Of a stretch of 64,000 nucleotides of DNA, positions 25,200-38,394 are shown piece by piece (position 1 is the stretch's first letter; each line of letters opens with the position of its first letter). The notes beneath the pieces are model-generated. The model was not told where the DNA came from and made no database searches. It worked only from the letters and a program-made list of their open reading frames with translations. A program made the translations under genes and the position numbers. The stretch is taken from assembly GCF_006345805.1 (NCBI RefSeq), contig NC_042999.1, forward strand, positions 1-64,000, given 5' to 3'. Source of the stretch: Octopus sinensis. Taxonomy: Eukaryota.

Positions 25200-26051
25200 T
25201 ATACGATGGGTTTCTTTCAGTTTCTGTTTACCAAATCCACTCACTAGGCTTAGTTGGCCCAAGGCTATAGTAGAAGACACTTGCCCAAGGTGCCAGACAG
25301 TGGGACTGAACCCAGAACCATCTGGTTAGGAAGCAAGCTTCTTACCACACAGCCACACACACACACACACACACATTTACAATAAGTATGTTAACTTTTT
25401 AAAAAATATTGTGTTTATAAGAAAAAAATACCCTTCTTTGCCTGTATTAAATATTATGTACCTTTCAGGTTCAGAAAACTAGATACGAAGTGACGGGGTG
25501 GAGGAAGAGGGGGAGGGGAGGGGGGAAGAAATGGAAGTAAGAAGAACTATATGAACAAACAAGCAAAGAAATGGTGACCTATATCTTCAAAGAATCTATA
25601 ACCAATTTTGCAGTCAAATCATGCATGCTTACTTTGGTTAACACAGTTCTTTATTTTTCTTGAAGTTATTAGCACATTCCTCAGTTAACACGTTTGAGCT
25701 CTTCAAAGTTCTTTTGTTTGTTTGCTTCTTTTTCTTTCTTTTTTTTTTTGTTGTTGTTCCTGTGCTGCTTGTTCCTTGGCTGTAGTGTAATGATTTTTCC
25801 ATTGGTTACAGCCACCCATTGCTGTAGTATTAAATCTATAACATTAAAAACTTCACTTTTTTCATCTCATTTCACAACTGATAACCCTTCGGGGGGATTA
25901 ATGCTTTAACAAACGTGTATTCATTTAAAATGTGCATGAATGCATTTTTGTGTGTGCAAGTGTACGTTCGCTGACAGATAGAGAAAATGCATGCAGAAAT
26001 TGTAGATAAGATGCCTTCTTTGATAAGCTATTTTTTCTAACAAGTCGTAGG

Positions 26052-26386
26052 TGGATGGCTCAGTGGCTAGAGCGTCGAGATTATGATCGCATGGTTGTGA
26101 GTTCGAAACCCGGACCGGGCTGCGTGCTTTGTTCTTGAGCAAAGCACTTCATTTTATTTCACGTTGCTCCAGTTTACTCAGCTGTAGAAATGAGTTGCGG
26201 CGTCACAGGTGACAAGCTGTATCGACCTTTGCCTTTCCCTTGGATAACATCGGTGGCATGAAGAGGGGAGGCCGGTATGCGTGGGCGACTGCTGGTCTTC
26301 TATAAACAACCTTGCCCAGACTTGTGCCTGCGAGGGTAACTTTCTAGGTGCAATCCCTTGGTCAGTCATGACCGAAGGGGGTCTCA
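26052..26386 (+). mobile_element. tRNA-headed SINE, family D
   Basis: A box TGGCTCAGTGG, B box GTTCGAAACC. Related heads at ~8573, 38641, 57910 and (reverse) 9330-9530, 63680-63900. Confidence 0.8.
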
Positions 26387-26752
26387 GTAGCAAAGATTGG
26401 GAGTTAAATTCTGTTCACAATACCTTGTGGAATTTTGGAGAAAAAAAAGAAACAAAAAAAATCTTAAAAACGGTTGTCTAGTAAGAAGTATGCTTCCCAC
26501 AACTATGTGGTTTGGGGTTCAAACCCACAATGTGGCACCTTGGGTAAGTTTCTTTTACTATAGACCCAGGTTGACCAAAACATTGTGAGTAGATTTGATT
26601 GCCAGAAACTGAAAGAACCCATAATGCATATATATGTGTGTGTGTGTATGTGTGTGTTTGTATATATATATATGCGTGTGTGTGTTTGTATATATATATA
26701 TATATGCGTGTGTGTGTTTGTATATATATATATATATGCGTGTGTGTGTTTG

Positions 26753-26797
<45 letters not shown>

Positions 26798-26984
26798 ACA
26801 TATGCTTGTTTATATAAGCATATGTCTGTATATATATATATGTGTGTGTATATGTGCATATCTCAGTCTATCTGTCTTTTTTTCTTATTTTCCCCCTTTT
26901 TCTCATTTGCAAAAAGAAAAGCTCTACATTTGTACTTGTCCCCTCTGTGGCCAATAAAGAAAGTTATCTATCTGTCTGTCTGTC

Positions 26985-27048
<64 letters not shown>

Positions 27049-28214
27049 GCCATCCATTCATTCATTCATCCAGCCATCCACCCATACACACACACACACA
27101 CACGCACACACACATTCTACCAGCTTGCTGCCTTGTACAGTGGTTGTTACTTGGAAATAGAATTACTTAGAAATTACTCATTTCAAAGATGCTATCTGCA
27201 TGGAAATCAATAGATTAAATATAATTAATGTAACGAGCATTAAAAAAATAAAATCTAATTAGAAATAGTTATTTGGTGAGAAAAAAAAAATAAAGCTATT
27301 TTAATCAATGACTAAGTCGGGAAGCTGGCAGAACTGTAAGCACATTGGACAAAATGCATAGCGGCATTACTTCTGGTTCTTTACATCCTGAGTTCAAATC
27401 CGACTGAGGTCAACTTTACTTTTTATTCCTTCTGGGCTGATGAAATAAAAAGTACAAGTCAAGTAATGAGGGGTCAATGTAATCACCTTGTCTTTTCTCT
27501 TCAAAATTGCTGGTCTTGAATCCTGCACCAGACTCTCATCTTCAGGTCAGTCATAATACCAATAATAAATGCACATACTGGTTTCATTTCACTTCTTTTA
27601 TTATTATTAGTCAACTAGTTAACCTTTTCACTAATTGATTGGTGCCATACTAAAGTCAGCTTTGCCTTTCATCTCTTTGGAGTCGGTAAAATAACGTACA
27701 AGTCAAGTAGTGGTGGGGGTCGATGTAATCACCTTGTCCTTTATTTTCGAAATTGCTGGCCTTGACCCCTGCACCGGACTGTCATCTCCTTCAGGTGGCA
27801 GGTTGGGATGCTGGTCACCTGAACAACATGAAAACCATGTAACTGGTCTTTGTGAGTCCTGGGGCTAAAAAAAGATCAAAAACAGGAAAAAAAAAATACA
27901 TGACTTGAACAGAACACAAAAAAGTGTCCTCTGTAAATAATCTGTCTCATTGGTCACCAGACTTCAGAATAGACAGGATACCTTGTTGTCAGAAATATTC
28001 TACAGGTAAATTATTACAAAGTAGACTCATATATTATCAAGCATCTCTCTTACCGTTTCTTAGTAGGAAACATTTTAGTGCTTACAAAACTCGGAATAAA
28101 TTCTGAATTCTGCCTGTCATTTTCCTGATTACCAATAATTGAATATATTCTGATTTTGGGTGTTGACAAATCAGACTGGAAAATTGTCTGTTTAGTGAGA
28201 TGTGTAATACTTGA

Positions 28215-28579
28215 TATATATAAAGCTGAAGTTGTCTGTGTATGTCAGGTTTGGTAGCCTTCAACTAGCACTATCTCCTCCAAGACCCTGTAGCGCAAGT
28301 TGACCAAAATTGAGAGTATGATAGAAGAAGGCTTGCTCTTCCTTCCATAGAAGAAAAAAATTCAAATTGGACCATGTTAACACCAAAAATTATTTACATC
28401 AAAAGGTGCTGTTTTTTTCTATGAAAATCCTTATTTTTTATGACTTTTTGACCGCTGTGTTGCCATTTTTCGGTGTATTTCAACCAGAAAAATATTCACT
28501 TATACAGAATAACAAGCTACATAATGCAAAATTTTTACTTTTCAAAAATTCCAATTCTAAAGGGTCGAAACAAACCCGA
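28215..28579 (+). mobile_element. Non-autonomous Helitron, 3'-truncated copy
   Basis: Reverse complement of the elements at 43022 and 53483. Breaks off within the terminal hairpin. Confidence 0.7.
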
Positions 28580-28689
28580 ACACACAATGTGTGTGTGTGT
28601 GTGTATATATATCACAGCTGTGTCCTCGTTACACGAGAAAAGCCATTGCCAAGAAGACTTACTGAAATTATTCATGATTGTTGCCATGT

Positions 28690-28930
28690 GATGCCCTTAT
28701 ATGACTTCTAAGCCCAGCCAAGCTTTTACACATTTTATTACATACTAGACAACTGTGCTGGCTGGCAGGAGAAACAGGTGCCACCATATGCACTCTCTTA
28801 ACATGTCTTTTTAGACCTCCAACTGAGAGGCACACCCTTCCACATTTTACACATGTTCTGTTATGAATTTTAATCGCCACATTATTGTTTATCATGGGTC
28901 GATTTCTGTGGGCCTGCATGACTCAAACAC
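28690..28930 (-). mobile_element. LINE 3'-end fragment with two C2H2 zinc fingers (RTE-like)
   Basis: CVKCGRVCLSVGGLKRHVKRVH and CLVCNKMCKSLAGLRSHIRASH, with no splice context. Confidence 0.6.
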
Positions 28931-29065
28931 CTCCACCCACAAACCACACACATAAAAAGCAACACTCTCTCACTTTCCACAGGTTACCTCCCCCCCTTCT
29001 AATCCCCCTCCTAATTCTCTAATACTTCACTCTCTCCCTCTCAAACCTTGAACAACCATCATGCA

Positions 29066-29107
<42 letters not shown>

Positions 29108-29162
29108 GTTAAAGGTAGTTTTCTCTTGTGTTTAAATGTACACTATTTCATATATATATATA

Positions 29163-29544
29163 CTAGCAGTATCGCCCGGCGTTGCTCAGGTTTGTAAGGG
29201 AAATAACTATAAAGCATTTTTAGAGAGTTATAGCCAAAAAATAGCAAAAAAATGGGAAAAAAATGATGGTAAATTTTTTTGAGAGTTAAAAAAGGTGGAG
29301 TTGCGTCCCCTAGACGGTCTGTGGTTTGGGTTTCTGATTCTCGACCCCATGTCGAATTTATCGATTTTTTCAGAACTGGGGGAACTTTTCAAAATTTTCG
29401 CTGCTTTAGTTTTGAATTATGACATTGGGCTATGTGTGTGTCAAGTTTCATCAGAATCGGTTGAAAGCCGTGGTCAGAGTGAGGGTACGAGAAAACAGAC
29501 ACACAGAAAACGCACAGACAAACTGCCGTTTATATAGAGAGAGA
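29163..29544 (-). mobile_element. Non-autonomous Helitron, second family
   Basis: On the minus strand: TC start, CCTGAGCAACGCCGGG hairpin, CTAG end. The body differs from the 43022/53483 family. Confidence 0.7.
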
Positions 29545-30008
29545 TATATATATGTATATATACATATATATATACTAATAAAAAGGGTTCGGCAAAAGAA
29601 TTGCTTCACCGCATACCGAAGTATATAAAAAAATATAAAAAAAGTATATTTTTTTATATTCTTTACGTAATACCTAATTCAGAAACGCGCATCTATGGAT
29701 GATCAGATATCGATTGATTTTCGTTTGCTTTACCCTCTGCTTGTGTGTTTAAACTTCAAGTATTTTAGGTTTTCTGGAAGACCCTTTTAAAGTAGAAGAA
29801 ATGGCTAAGATTTTGGATGCTATTTCTGAACTTCGGTATGCAGTGAAGCAATTCTTTTGCCAAACCCTTTTTATTAGTATTACTAAAATTTACTGTGTTA
29901 GCGGTCCTGTTTTCATACCGAAATCCTACTTGGTGAAATTTATTGATTACTTCGTAATTAATTAATTTTACCCTTTGTTATTATACATATATATATATAT
30001 CTATATAT

Positions 30009-30052
<44 letters not shown>

Positions 30053-30539
30053 AAGAGTGAGTTGTTATTCAAGAATTAACATTAAGCATAACCTAGTTTA
30101 TGATTTGGTTTCAAATCTTAGCTGGAACCATCTTGTTTACATTTTATGCAAATCTGTTAAGGACCGACGACTATTTTCTCCAGCTTGATAATTTTGTTAG
30201 TGAATGCAGCCATTAACGAAATTAGGTTATGCGAAGCCATTTGGATTAAATTTGTGCTTCATAATTTGATCTCTGTTTGCTTCTTAAAGCCTTGAAACCG
30301 AATATCCATAAGTGTCACTAATTGCAATGCTGTACCTGAATAGAAAACCTACATTGGGAAATAGGCAAAAAATTGAAAAGAGCAAAATTAAAGTCCCCTT
30401 GTAATTACATCTAATTGTTAACGGTACACAATGTGAGGATGGACTGCTGAAGGAATTTAAAGGCTGGTGGTTGACCTGTTAGAAGTAACAGCAATATATC
30501 TTGCATATCACACTCTATGTTCTTAAAAAACAGAAAGTA

Positions 30540-31115
30540 TAGGGTTGTCCGGAAAGTTTGTGCCGATTTATAGTAGCTTACCTTTCCACTTATTTTAGAA
30601 CATGGTTGCGTCCATAAAATTGGATTTGACTACACCTCCATTTAGAGCACAGATTATAGGAACATAAACCTTCTTCGTGGAAGAAGGTTTATGTTCCTAT
30701 AACCTGTGTTAATTCTGTAACCCTTTAAAATGGAAGATAAGAAAGTTCATTTTTGGTACTTGATGCTTTGGGAGCCAGACAACAAAATTGCTGCAGCTTG
30801 GCTTGGATGTGTTACCCCACCCTCCATATTCCCCAGATATTGCTCCTTCGGATTTACACTTATTCAGGTATCGTGCAGAATAGTCTTAATGGTAAAAATT
30901 ACAATTCCTTGGATGACGTAAAAAGATACCTTGATTAATTCTTTGCCATGAAATCACCCTAATTCTGAAAGAGGGTATTTTCAAGTTAAAGGAAAGATGG
31001 AGATGCATTGTGCAACAAAATGGTTCATATTTGGTTGATTAAAAATGAAATGGCAAGTATTTAGTGACCTCTTTCTTTCCTTTAAAAATCAGCATGAACT
31101 TTCCGGACAACCCAA
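30540..31115 (+). mobile_element. Internally deleted mariner-type element
   Basis: TIRs GGGTTGTCCGGAAAGTT with TA flanks. Transposase remnants MEDKKVHF and VLPHPPYSPDIAPSDLHLF...LKERWRCIVQQNGSY contain stops. Confidence 0.9.
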
Positions 31116-31319
31116 TATTTCATAGGTGCAGGTGTGCCTATAGATTGAAGCATGGGTGTGTGGTTAAGAAGGTTACATTGTAGCCACATAGTTTGGGGTT
31201 CAGTCGCACTGCATGGTACCTTGAGCAAGTGTCTTTTACTGTAGCAGTGGGCTGACCAAAGCATTTTGCATGGATTGTGTAGAGCAGAAACTGAAAAAAG
31301 CCTTTTGTGTATGTGATTG

Positions 31320-31350
<31 letters not shown>

Positions 31351-33063
31351 TGTGTGTGTGTGTGTACACATGCAGACACACATACTCAATCACACACCCT
31401 GAGATTCTTTCAGTTGGTGTGTGTGTGTGTGTGTGTTTGTCATGACATTGTGTAATAGCTGTAAATGAGTGTCACTGTCATACAAGCAGTGTCATTCATT
31501 TCTAATCATCTGAATAAACATGTCTGGTCATGGGGAAATATTGATTGCCTTGCTTGGAAATAGATAAGGGTTGGTGGCAGGAAGGGTATCCAACCATGGA
31601 AACTTTGCCTCAACAAATTCCATCTGACCCATACTAGCACAGAAAAGTGGATCTTAATGGATGATGGTTATGACGTGAATAGTTTCAAATTGTGGCACAA
31701 GGCCAGCAATTCTTGTGGGCAGAGCAATTCAATACCATCAGTCTCAATACACATATACACATATATAATATATATGTGTAGGTATATGTATATATAAATG
31801 TATGAATATGATATACGTAAATATATATATATATATATTATATATATCTATATATATATATATGGATATGTGTGTATATATATATATATGGATTATCTTC
31901 ATCATCATTGTTTAACATCCACTTTTCATGCTAGCATGCGTTGGATGATGTAACTGAGGTCTGGCGTACCAGATGGCTGCACCAAACTCCAATCTGATCT
32001 GGCAGAGTTTCTACAGCTAGATGCCCTTCCTAACACCAACCACTCCGAGAGTGTAGTGGGTGCTTTTATGTGCCACCGACACGAGGGCCAGTCAGGTGGT
32101 ACTGGCAACGGCCATACTCAAATGGTGCTTTTTATGTGCCACTTGCACGGGAGCCAGTCCAGCGGCACTGGCAACGACCTCGCTCGAATGCTTTTGTCAC
32201 ATACCACCAGCACAAGTGCTAGTAAGGTGATGCAGGTAACAATCATGCTCGAATGGTGTTTTCAACGTGCCATCAGCACAAAGGCCAGCTTCTTGCTCTG
32301 GCAACGATCATGCTTGTATGGTACACTTAGTGCGCCACTCGCATGGATGCCAGTCATTGAATTTGATTTGGATTTTGATTTCACTTGCCTGAACAGGTCT
32401 TTGCAAGCAGAGTTTAGTGTCCAATGAAGGAAAGGCATGCATTAGTGGGCTGGTTACACCCCTGGCATAGGCCATAAGGTTATGGTCTCACTTGTGCTTG
32501 CCGACACTATTTATATATAATGGGTAAATTCATTTTATTGATTTTGGAGGGAAGAAGGGCAAAGTTGGCCCTGCTGAAATTTGGACTCAGAGTCTAAAGA
32601 GCTAGAAATATTACCTTAAAAAATATATTATTTAACACTCTAACGATTCTACCAACTAACCACCATGGAAAACTATTCCCATCAAAACAAATATATTCCT
32701 CAGAATACAGCCATTTTATACTCTAACTCCTGTGTCAGAGTAATCTCTGTATTATCTGATAGTACAAAATGTTCTGTTATTGTGATATTGTTAGTATAAC
32801 TGTTAAAAACATCAACTGAATTCTTTAACATTTGTTGTCATTGTAAATTTCTTCCAAGTAATTTCTTTTGTCAAGAGTAGACAGTAAGCCTCCGATGCTT
32901 TTTGCATCCTGATCCAGTGTAAGTTAATTTTGCGATTCAATTTTTCTCTGACTGGTGAAATTATAGTAGTAACATATATTTATTCAACTCATTTAGATGT
33001 AAAAAAAAATAAGGAATTCTATACCTTATTGTGTATGTGTGTGTATATATATATATATATACT

Positions 33064-33097
<34 letters not shown>

Positions 33098-33187
33098 ATA
33101 TATATATATTATATATATATAATATATACTCATCTCTCTCCTCCATCTCTCTCTCTTCTCTCTTCCTCTCTCTATATATATATATAT

Positions 33188-33218
<31 letters not shown>

Positions 33219-33294
33219 GTTATATATATCTATATATGTACGTACATACATACATACATATACATACATACACATACATACATACATACATACA

Positions 33295-33325
<31 letters not shown>

Positions 33326-33406
33326 GGGTAATAACAATTGGCTGAAAAAATGTAAGAACTATGATTTAAAAATGATTATTCTGCCTATATTCTGTTTTCT
33401 TTAAGC

Positions 33407-33443
<37 letters not shown>

Positions 33444-33615
33444 ATACATAAAACATACATGCATACATACATAGAGCTGTTTTAGAAACAGCTGTAAGGA
33501 GCTTTATGCATTCTTAATCCCTTATTTACTCTAACTGCTCAGCAATTGTGTTTGAATTGTAAATTTCATGCTCTAAACTGATGTCACATCTTTTTCTTGT
33601 TCAGCCTTTATTCCT

Positions 33616-33649
<34 letters not shown>

Positions 33650-33856
33650 TGTGTTGCTTGTCCTGTTTTCCATCTGTGTTTTTTGCTGTTTGAAAAAATA
33701 GTTCATATTCCATCTACTATCTTTTGTTGTACGCATTTCATGACGTCCTGTGCCCACAAATGCATATATATACATATAGATGTAAGTATGTACATATATG
33801 TATGTATTCATATATTTATATATATTATTTATATTATATATTATAGATATATATAT

Positions 33857-33902
<46 letters not shown>

Positions 33903-33930
33903 TATATATATATTATTTATATTTATTATA

Positions 33931-33960
<30 letters not shown>

Positions 33961-33965
<5 letters not shown>

Positions 33966-34164
33966 AATTAAGGACTGAACACGAAAAGTGGACAGTCAAC
34001 ATGCTAGATATAGACGTCAAATCGCCATTCACCACAAAAGATTATGTTCTCAGATCAAACTGTTGAGTTTGATCTGAGAACATAATCTTTTGTGGTGAAT
34101 GGCGATTTGACGTCTATATCTAGCATGTTGACTGTCCACTTTCGTGTCAGTCCTTAATGGTATA
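33961..34164. repeat. ~100-bp-arm palindrome with a 4-nt loop
   Basis: ...CAGATCAAACT-GTTG-AGTTTGATCTG...; arms differ only by three 1-nt indels at the outer end. Confidence 0.95.
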
Positions 34165-34464
34165 TATAAATATTTTGATCTTCGATTCTTTTTTAATATG
34201 CTAGACCACTGGTCTTAATTGATAAATATCAATTTCTATAACTACCCTTATTAATTTATATATATAATATATATATATATAATGAACTGTTCCATGATGG
34301 TAAGATCAACAAGAAAAGTACTCCATCTAGTGAGAAATAAATACTATTTAATAGACTATACATGTTTCTATGTGCTACTAATAGTTTCTTGTGCCAAGAT
34401 CATGCCAAACAAAGTTTCATAACATGTCTAATATATATATATATAAAACTCTTGTTATTTGTAG

Positions 34465-34576
34465 GATTTGCAGCCAATGTGTTATCGCTGTTCAACCACA
34501 AACCCAATATTAAACCCGAAAGGAAACCAGTGTGTAAATTGCCAACAACCCTTTGTTCATTCATTTATCAACTTTG
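34465..34576 (+). CDS. IFT122: Intraflagellar transport protein 122, internal exon (Cys-rich C-terminal region)
   Basis: TTATTTGTAG|GAT...TTTG|GTAAGT. Translates [37 protein letters not shown], which matches from memory the IFT122 motif [30 protein letters not shown]. Phase 0 in, phase 1 out. Confidence 0.9.
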
Positions 34577-35184
34577 GTAAGTGGTTTTTTTTTTCTTCTT
34601 TTTTTTCTCATTTCTGTCATCTCTGAAAAAATATAATCCTCATCATCATCATCATCATCATCATTTAGCTTCCGTGTTTCCATGCTTGAATGAGTCAGAT
34701 GGAATATGCTGACACAGATTCCCTATAGTTGGCTGACCTGTGTGTTGCTGACCCTGTGTTTCTGAATAAGTTTGTTCCATGTCTTCTTGAGTCTATCCCT
34801 TCCACATGTACCCTCCACAATTAGAGCTTGGCACTTCTTTATGCAGCTGTCCTCATATATGTTGGTTTTCGTGCCAATGGCATGTAAGCAACACCATCCG
34901 ATTGTGGTCGATGCTAGCTCCTCTGACCTCTTGTGCCGGTGGCACACAAAAAGCACCCATTATACTCTCAGAGTGGTTGGCATTAGGAAGGGCATCCAGC
35001 TGCGGAAACACTGCCAGATCAGATTGGGGCCTGCTGCAGCCTCCTGGCTTCCTAGACCCCAGTCAAACCGTCCATCCCATGCCTGCATGGAAAACGAACT
35101 TTAAACCATGATGATGATGACGATGATGAAGTGGAGACAAACTTTAATTCAATTCAAATCCAAGTTGGTACAGAACCAATATAC

Positions 35185-35274
35185 ATTCTACAAATTGTTT
35201 CTGAGTCTAATTCATTCCAAAGACAAAGACGAAAAACCCTCCGTGAAATACAAATTAGATTCCTCATCAGGAAT
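35185..35274 (-). ncRNA. Hammerhead ribozyme-like motif
   Basis: Minus strand: attc-CTGATGA-ggaatctaattt..gaattagactca-GAAAC-AATTT-GTA-gaat. Confidence 0.6.
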
Positions 35275-36273
35275 TACAATTTGTTATGAATGATTACAAT
35301 CAAGAAAAATATACAAAGACCTTTTGTAGCCCAGACGTGAACAAATAAAATATATACATACACACACACACTTACATAAAGGAGTGTGTGCTTTTGTGTC
35401 TGTGTTTGTCCCCTACCACTGCTTGGCAACGAGCGTTGGTTTGTTCATGTCCCTGTGACTTAGCTATTCAGCATATGTAACAGCATATGTAACATAAATA
35501 TATGAATACATACATATATGTACATACTTACATCTATATGTATATATATGCATTTGTGGGCACAGGACGTCATGAAATGCGTACAACAAAAAATAGTAGA
35601 TGGAATATGAACTATTTTTTCAAACAGCAAAAAACACAAATGGAAAACAGGACAAGCAACACAATATATTTATATATATATGGTAGAATATATATATGGT
35701 AGAATATGGTAGAATATTAAATACCTGGTTTTAAATAATTTTACTGGAGTCACTTCATTCGACTGTAAATCTTTTCTTTGTTTCTCATGACTGAAACAGA
35801 TAAAAGATAAAATAATATTAGTTGTTTTTCATCACTGGTCAGGTTGATGTACTTAGCATTACGTGGGGAATATCCATTTGGCTGCTCTAAAATGCAATAA
35901 ATTCACATATACAAAAAATATCAATTGATATCAGAAAAAATACACATATATATTTAATAAGGTGTCTACATTTCTTTTTATATTAGTCTTAATTTTTATG
36001 CTATTTCATGTTTTTATCCAAAGTCCATGTTTACAATCAATATAGAGAAACATATTCTTTGAACAATCCTAGTTTCACTATAGATTAATTAATTAATATT
36101 GTGGTTTCATCTTCTGAACATTAGTACCATAATTACTTTTCCTAAAATTATGGTTCAATTAATTCCTGTCAAAGTTTCAGAGCTGACTGTCTTGTTTAGT
36201 TTTAATAAATCTGTTTAAACTGGCCAGTTCACATATTTATGTTATATTATAAATACATGAAATGAATTTACAC

Positions 36274-36328
<55 letters not shown>

Positions 36329-36409
36329 ACACACACATACACACACACACTATATATATATATATATATATAATGTGTATATATATTCCAAATTTTGGAA
36401 GTTCAGAAC

Positions 36410-36770
36410 AAGAGGTAAGTTGATTACATCGACCCCAGTGTTCAACTGGTACTTATTTTATCGACCCTGAAAGGGATGAAAGGCAAAGCAGTCCTGGGCA
36501 GAATTTGAACTCAGGACATAGCGGCAGACGAAATACCTATTTCTTTACTACCCACAAGGGGCTAAACACAGAGGGGACAAACAAGGACAGACAAACGGAT
36601 TAAGCCGAATATATCGACCGCAGTGCGTAACTGGTACTTAATTTATTGACCCCGAAAGGATGAAAGGTGAAGTCAACCATGCCGGAATTTGAACTCAGAA
36701 CGTAACGGCAGATGAAATACTATTAAGCATTTTGCCTGGCATGCTAATGATTCTGCCAGCTTGTCACCTT
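36410..36770 (-). mobile_element. SINE family E, with a duplicated core segment
   Basis: ATCGACCCCAGT..ACTGGTACTTATTTTATCGACCC..GGATGAAAGG occurs twice. Related pieces at ~27320, 27650, 48985 and 63930. Confidence 0.65.
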
Positions 36771-37164
36771 ATATATATATATATACATAATGTATTAATA
36801 TATATACTTACCTATATATATATATATATATAATGTATTAATATATACTTACCTTTATATATATACCTATATACCTTTTAATTTAAAACTTTTACTAATA
36901 ACTTACCTTCCTGAATACCTTCAGTGCCAAAATCTTCTTTCAACCACATTAGAGATTCGTTAATGCCACTATTATTACTTCCGCTTTCCGAGGTCATTAA
37001 GAAGCTCACGCTGGAAACTCATAAATTAATCTTTAACCGACTGATAATTTTTTTTCTCCATATTTTGATCATAATAGCAAATATTAAAACTTCACCTCCC
37101 ATGTTTCAAAAAAGAAAAACCAATATATATATATATATATATATATATCAAATGAAAAATAAAA

Positions 37165-37166
37165 GA

Positions 37167-37204
<38 letters not shown>

Positions 37205-37207
37205 GTA

Positions 37208-37247
<40 letters not shown>

Positions 37248-37459
37248 TAATAATAATAATAATTATAATAATAAATTCTTAGTAAGATCTATAATAATAT
37301 GAGAATCTATTACACTTGATTATCAAGTTCCATCTGCCTGATTTCCTCCAGAGAATGTTCAGTCCAGCCAAATTTGGTCTATTTGATCTTCAAATACTCC
37401 AGAGATGCTGATAAAATGCTGTAATTTCAATAGTCCAGTAAGCTTTTAAAGTCACTCTC

Positions 37460-37512
<53 letters not shown>

Positions 37513-37678
37513 GTTGTTGTTGTTGTTGTTGTTGTTGTTATACTACTACTACTACCATTATTATCATTATTATTATTATTATTTATTATTATTATTATTA
37601 TCATTATTATTTCTACTACTACCATTATTATTATTATTATTATCATTATTATTTCTACTACTACCATTATTATTATTA

Positions 37679-37727
<49 letters not shown>

Positions 37728-37768
37728 CATTATTATTTCTACTACTACCATTATTATTATTATTATTA

Positions 37769-37808
<40 letters not shown>

Positions 37809-37846
37809 CATTATTATTTCTACTACTACCATTATTATTATTATTA

Positions 37847-37877
<31 letters not shown>

Positions 37878-37900
37878 CATTATTATTTCTACTACTACCA

Positions 37901-37967
<67 letters not shown>

Positions 37968-38004
37968 CATTATTATTTCTACTACTACCATTATTATTAT
38001 TATT

Positions 38005-38071
<67 letters not shown>

Positions 38072-38135
38072 GCATAGTCTCCAAATCTTTTCAAACAGTT
38101 TTGGGTTCAAAGTACGTTGTTATTTGTATTATTAT
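37165..38135. repeat. (AAT)n and (ATT)n tracts with a higher-order unit ATCATTATTATTTCTACTACTACC
   Basis: Direct reading; the interrupted unit recurs about 7 times. Confidence 0.9.
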
Positions 38136-38394
38136 TATTATTTTTCTGCCATGCAATGATTTAATCAACAGTTGATTATTAATTTCTGCCTTTTTTTTTC
38201 TCTTTTTCTTTCTTCTTTTTTCCCCACTTTTTCTTTTTTTTTCTTTGCTTTCTTTCTAAGCTTTTAACATCAAACAAATTGTTTGTTCTTTTTTTGTTTT
38301 GTTTCTTTTCTGCCTCATTTTATTTTTTATTTTTTTCGATAATATATATATATATTTTTTCTCCTCTTTTTCCATTTCTCTATTTCTACTGCAG

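Larger units (their letters stand above)
33644..35669. repeat. 176-bp inverted repeat pair (33644-33819 / 35494-35669)
   Basis: Reverse complements with about 2 substitutions. The ORF track gives near-identical peptides on opposite strands. Confidence 0.95.

Noticed and set aside
25495-25525. G-quadruplex-capable run
   Set aside because: An isolated purine simple repeat with no promoter or element context.
29769-29835. Apparent exon GFLEDPFKVEEMAKILDAISELR with AG/GT ends
   Set aside because: It lies inside a fold-back repeat element, and only 'EDPF' resembles IFT122.
37452-38084. Poly-Ile and poly-Leu ORFs
   Set aside because: (ATT)n microsatellite.
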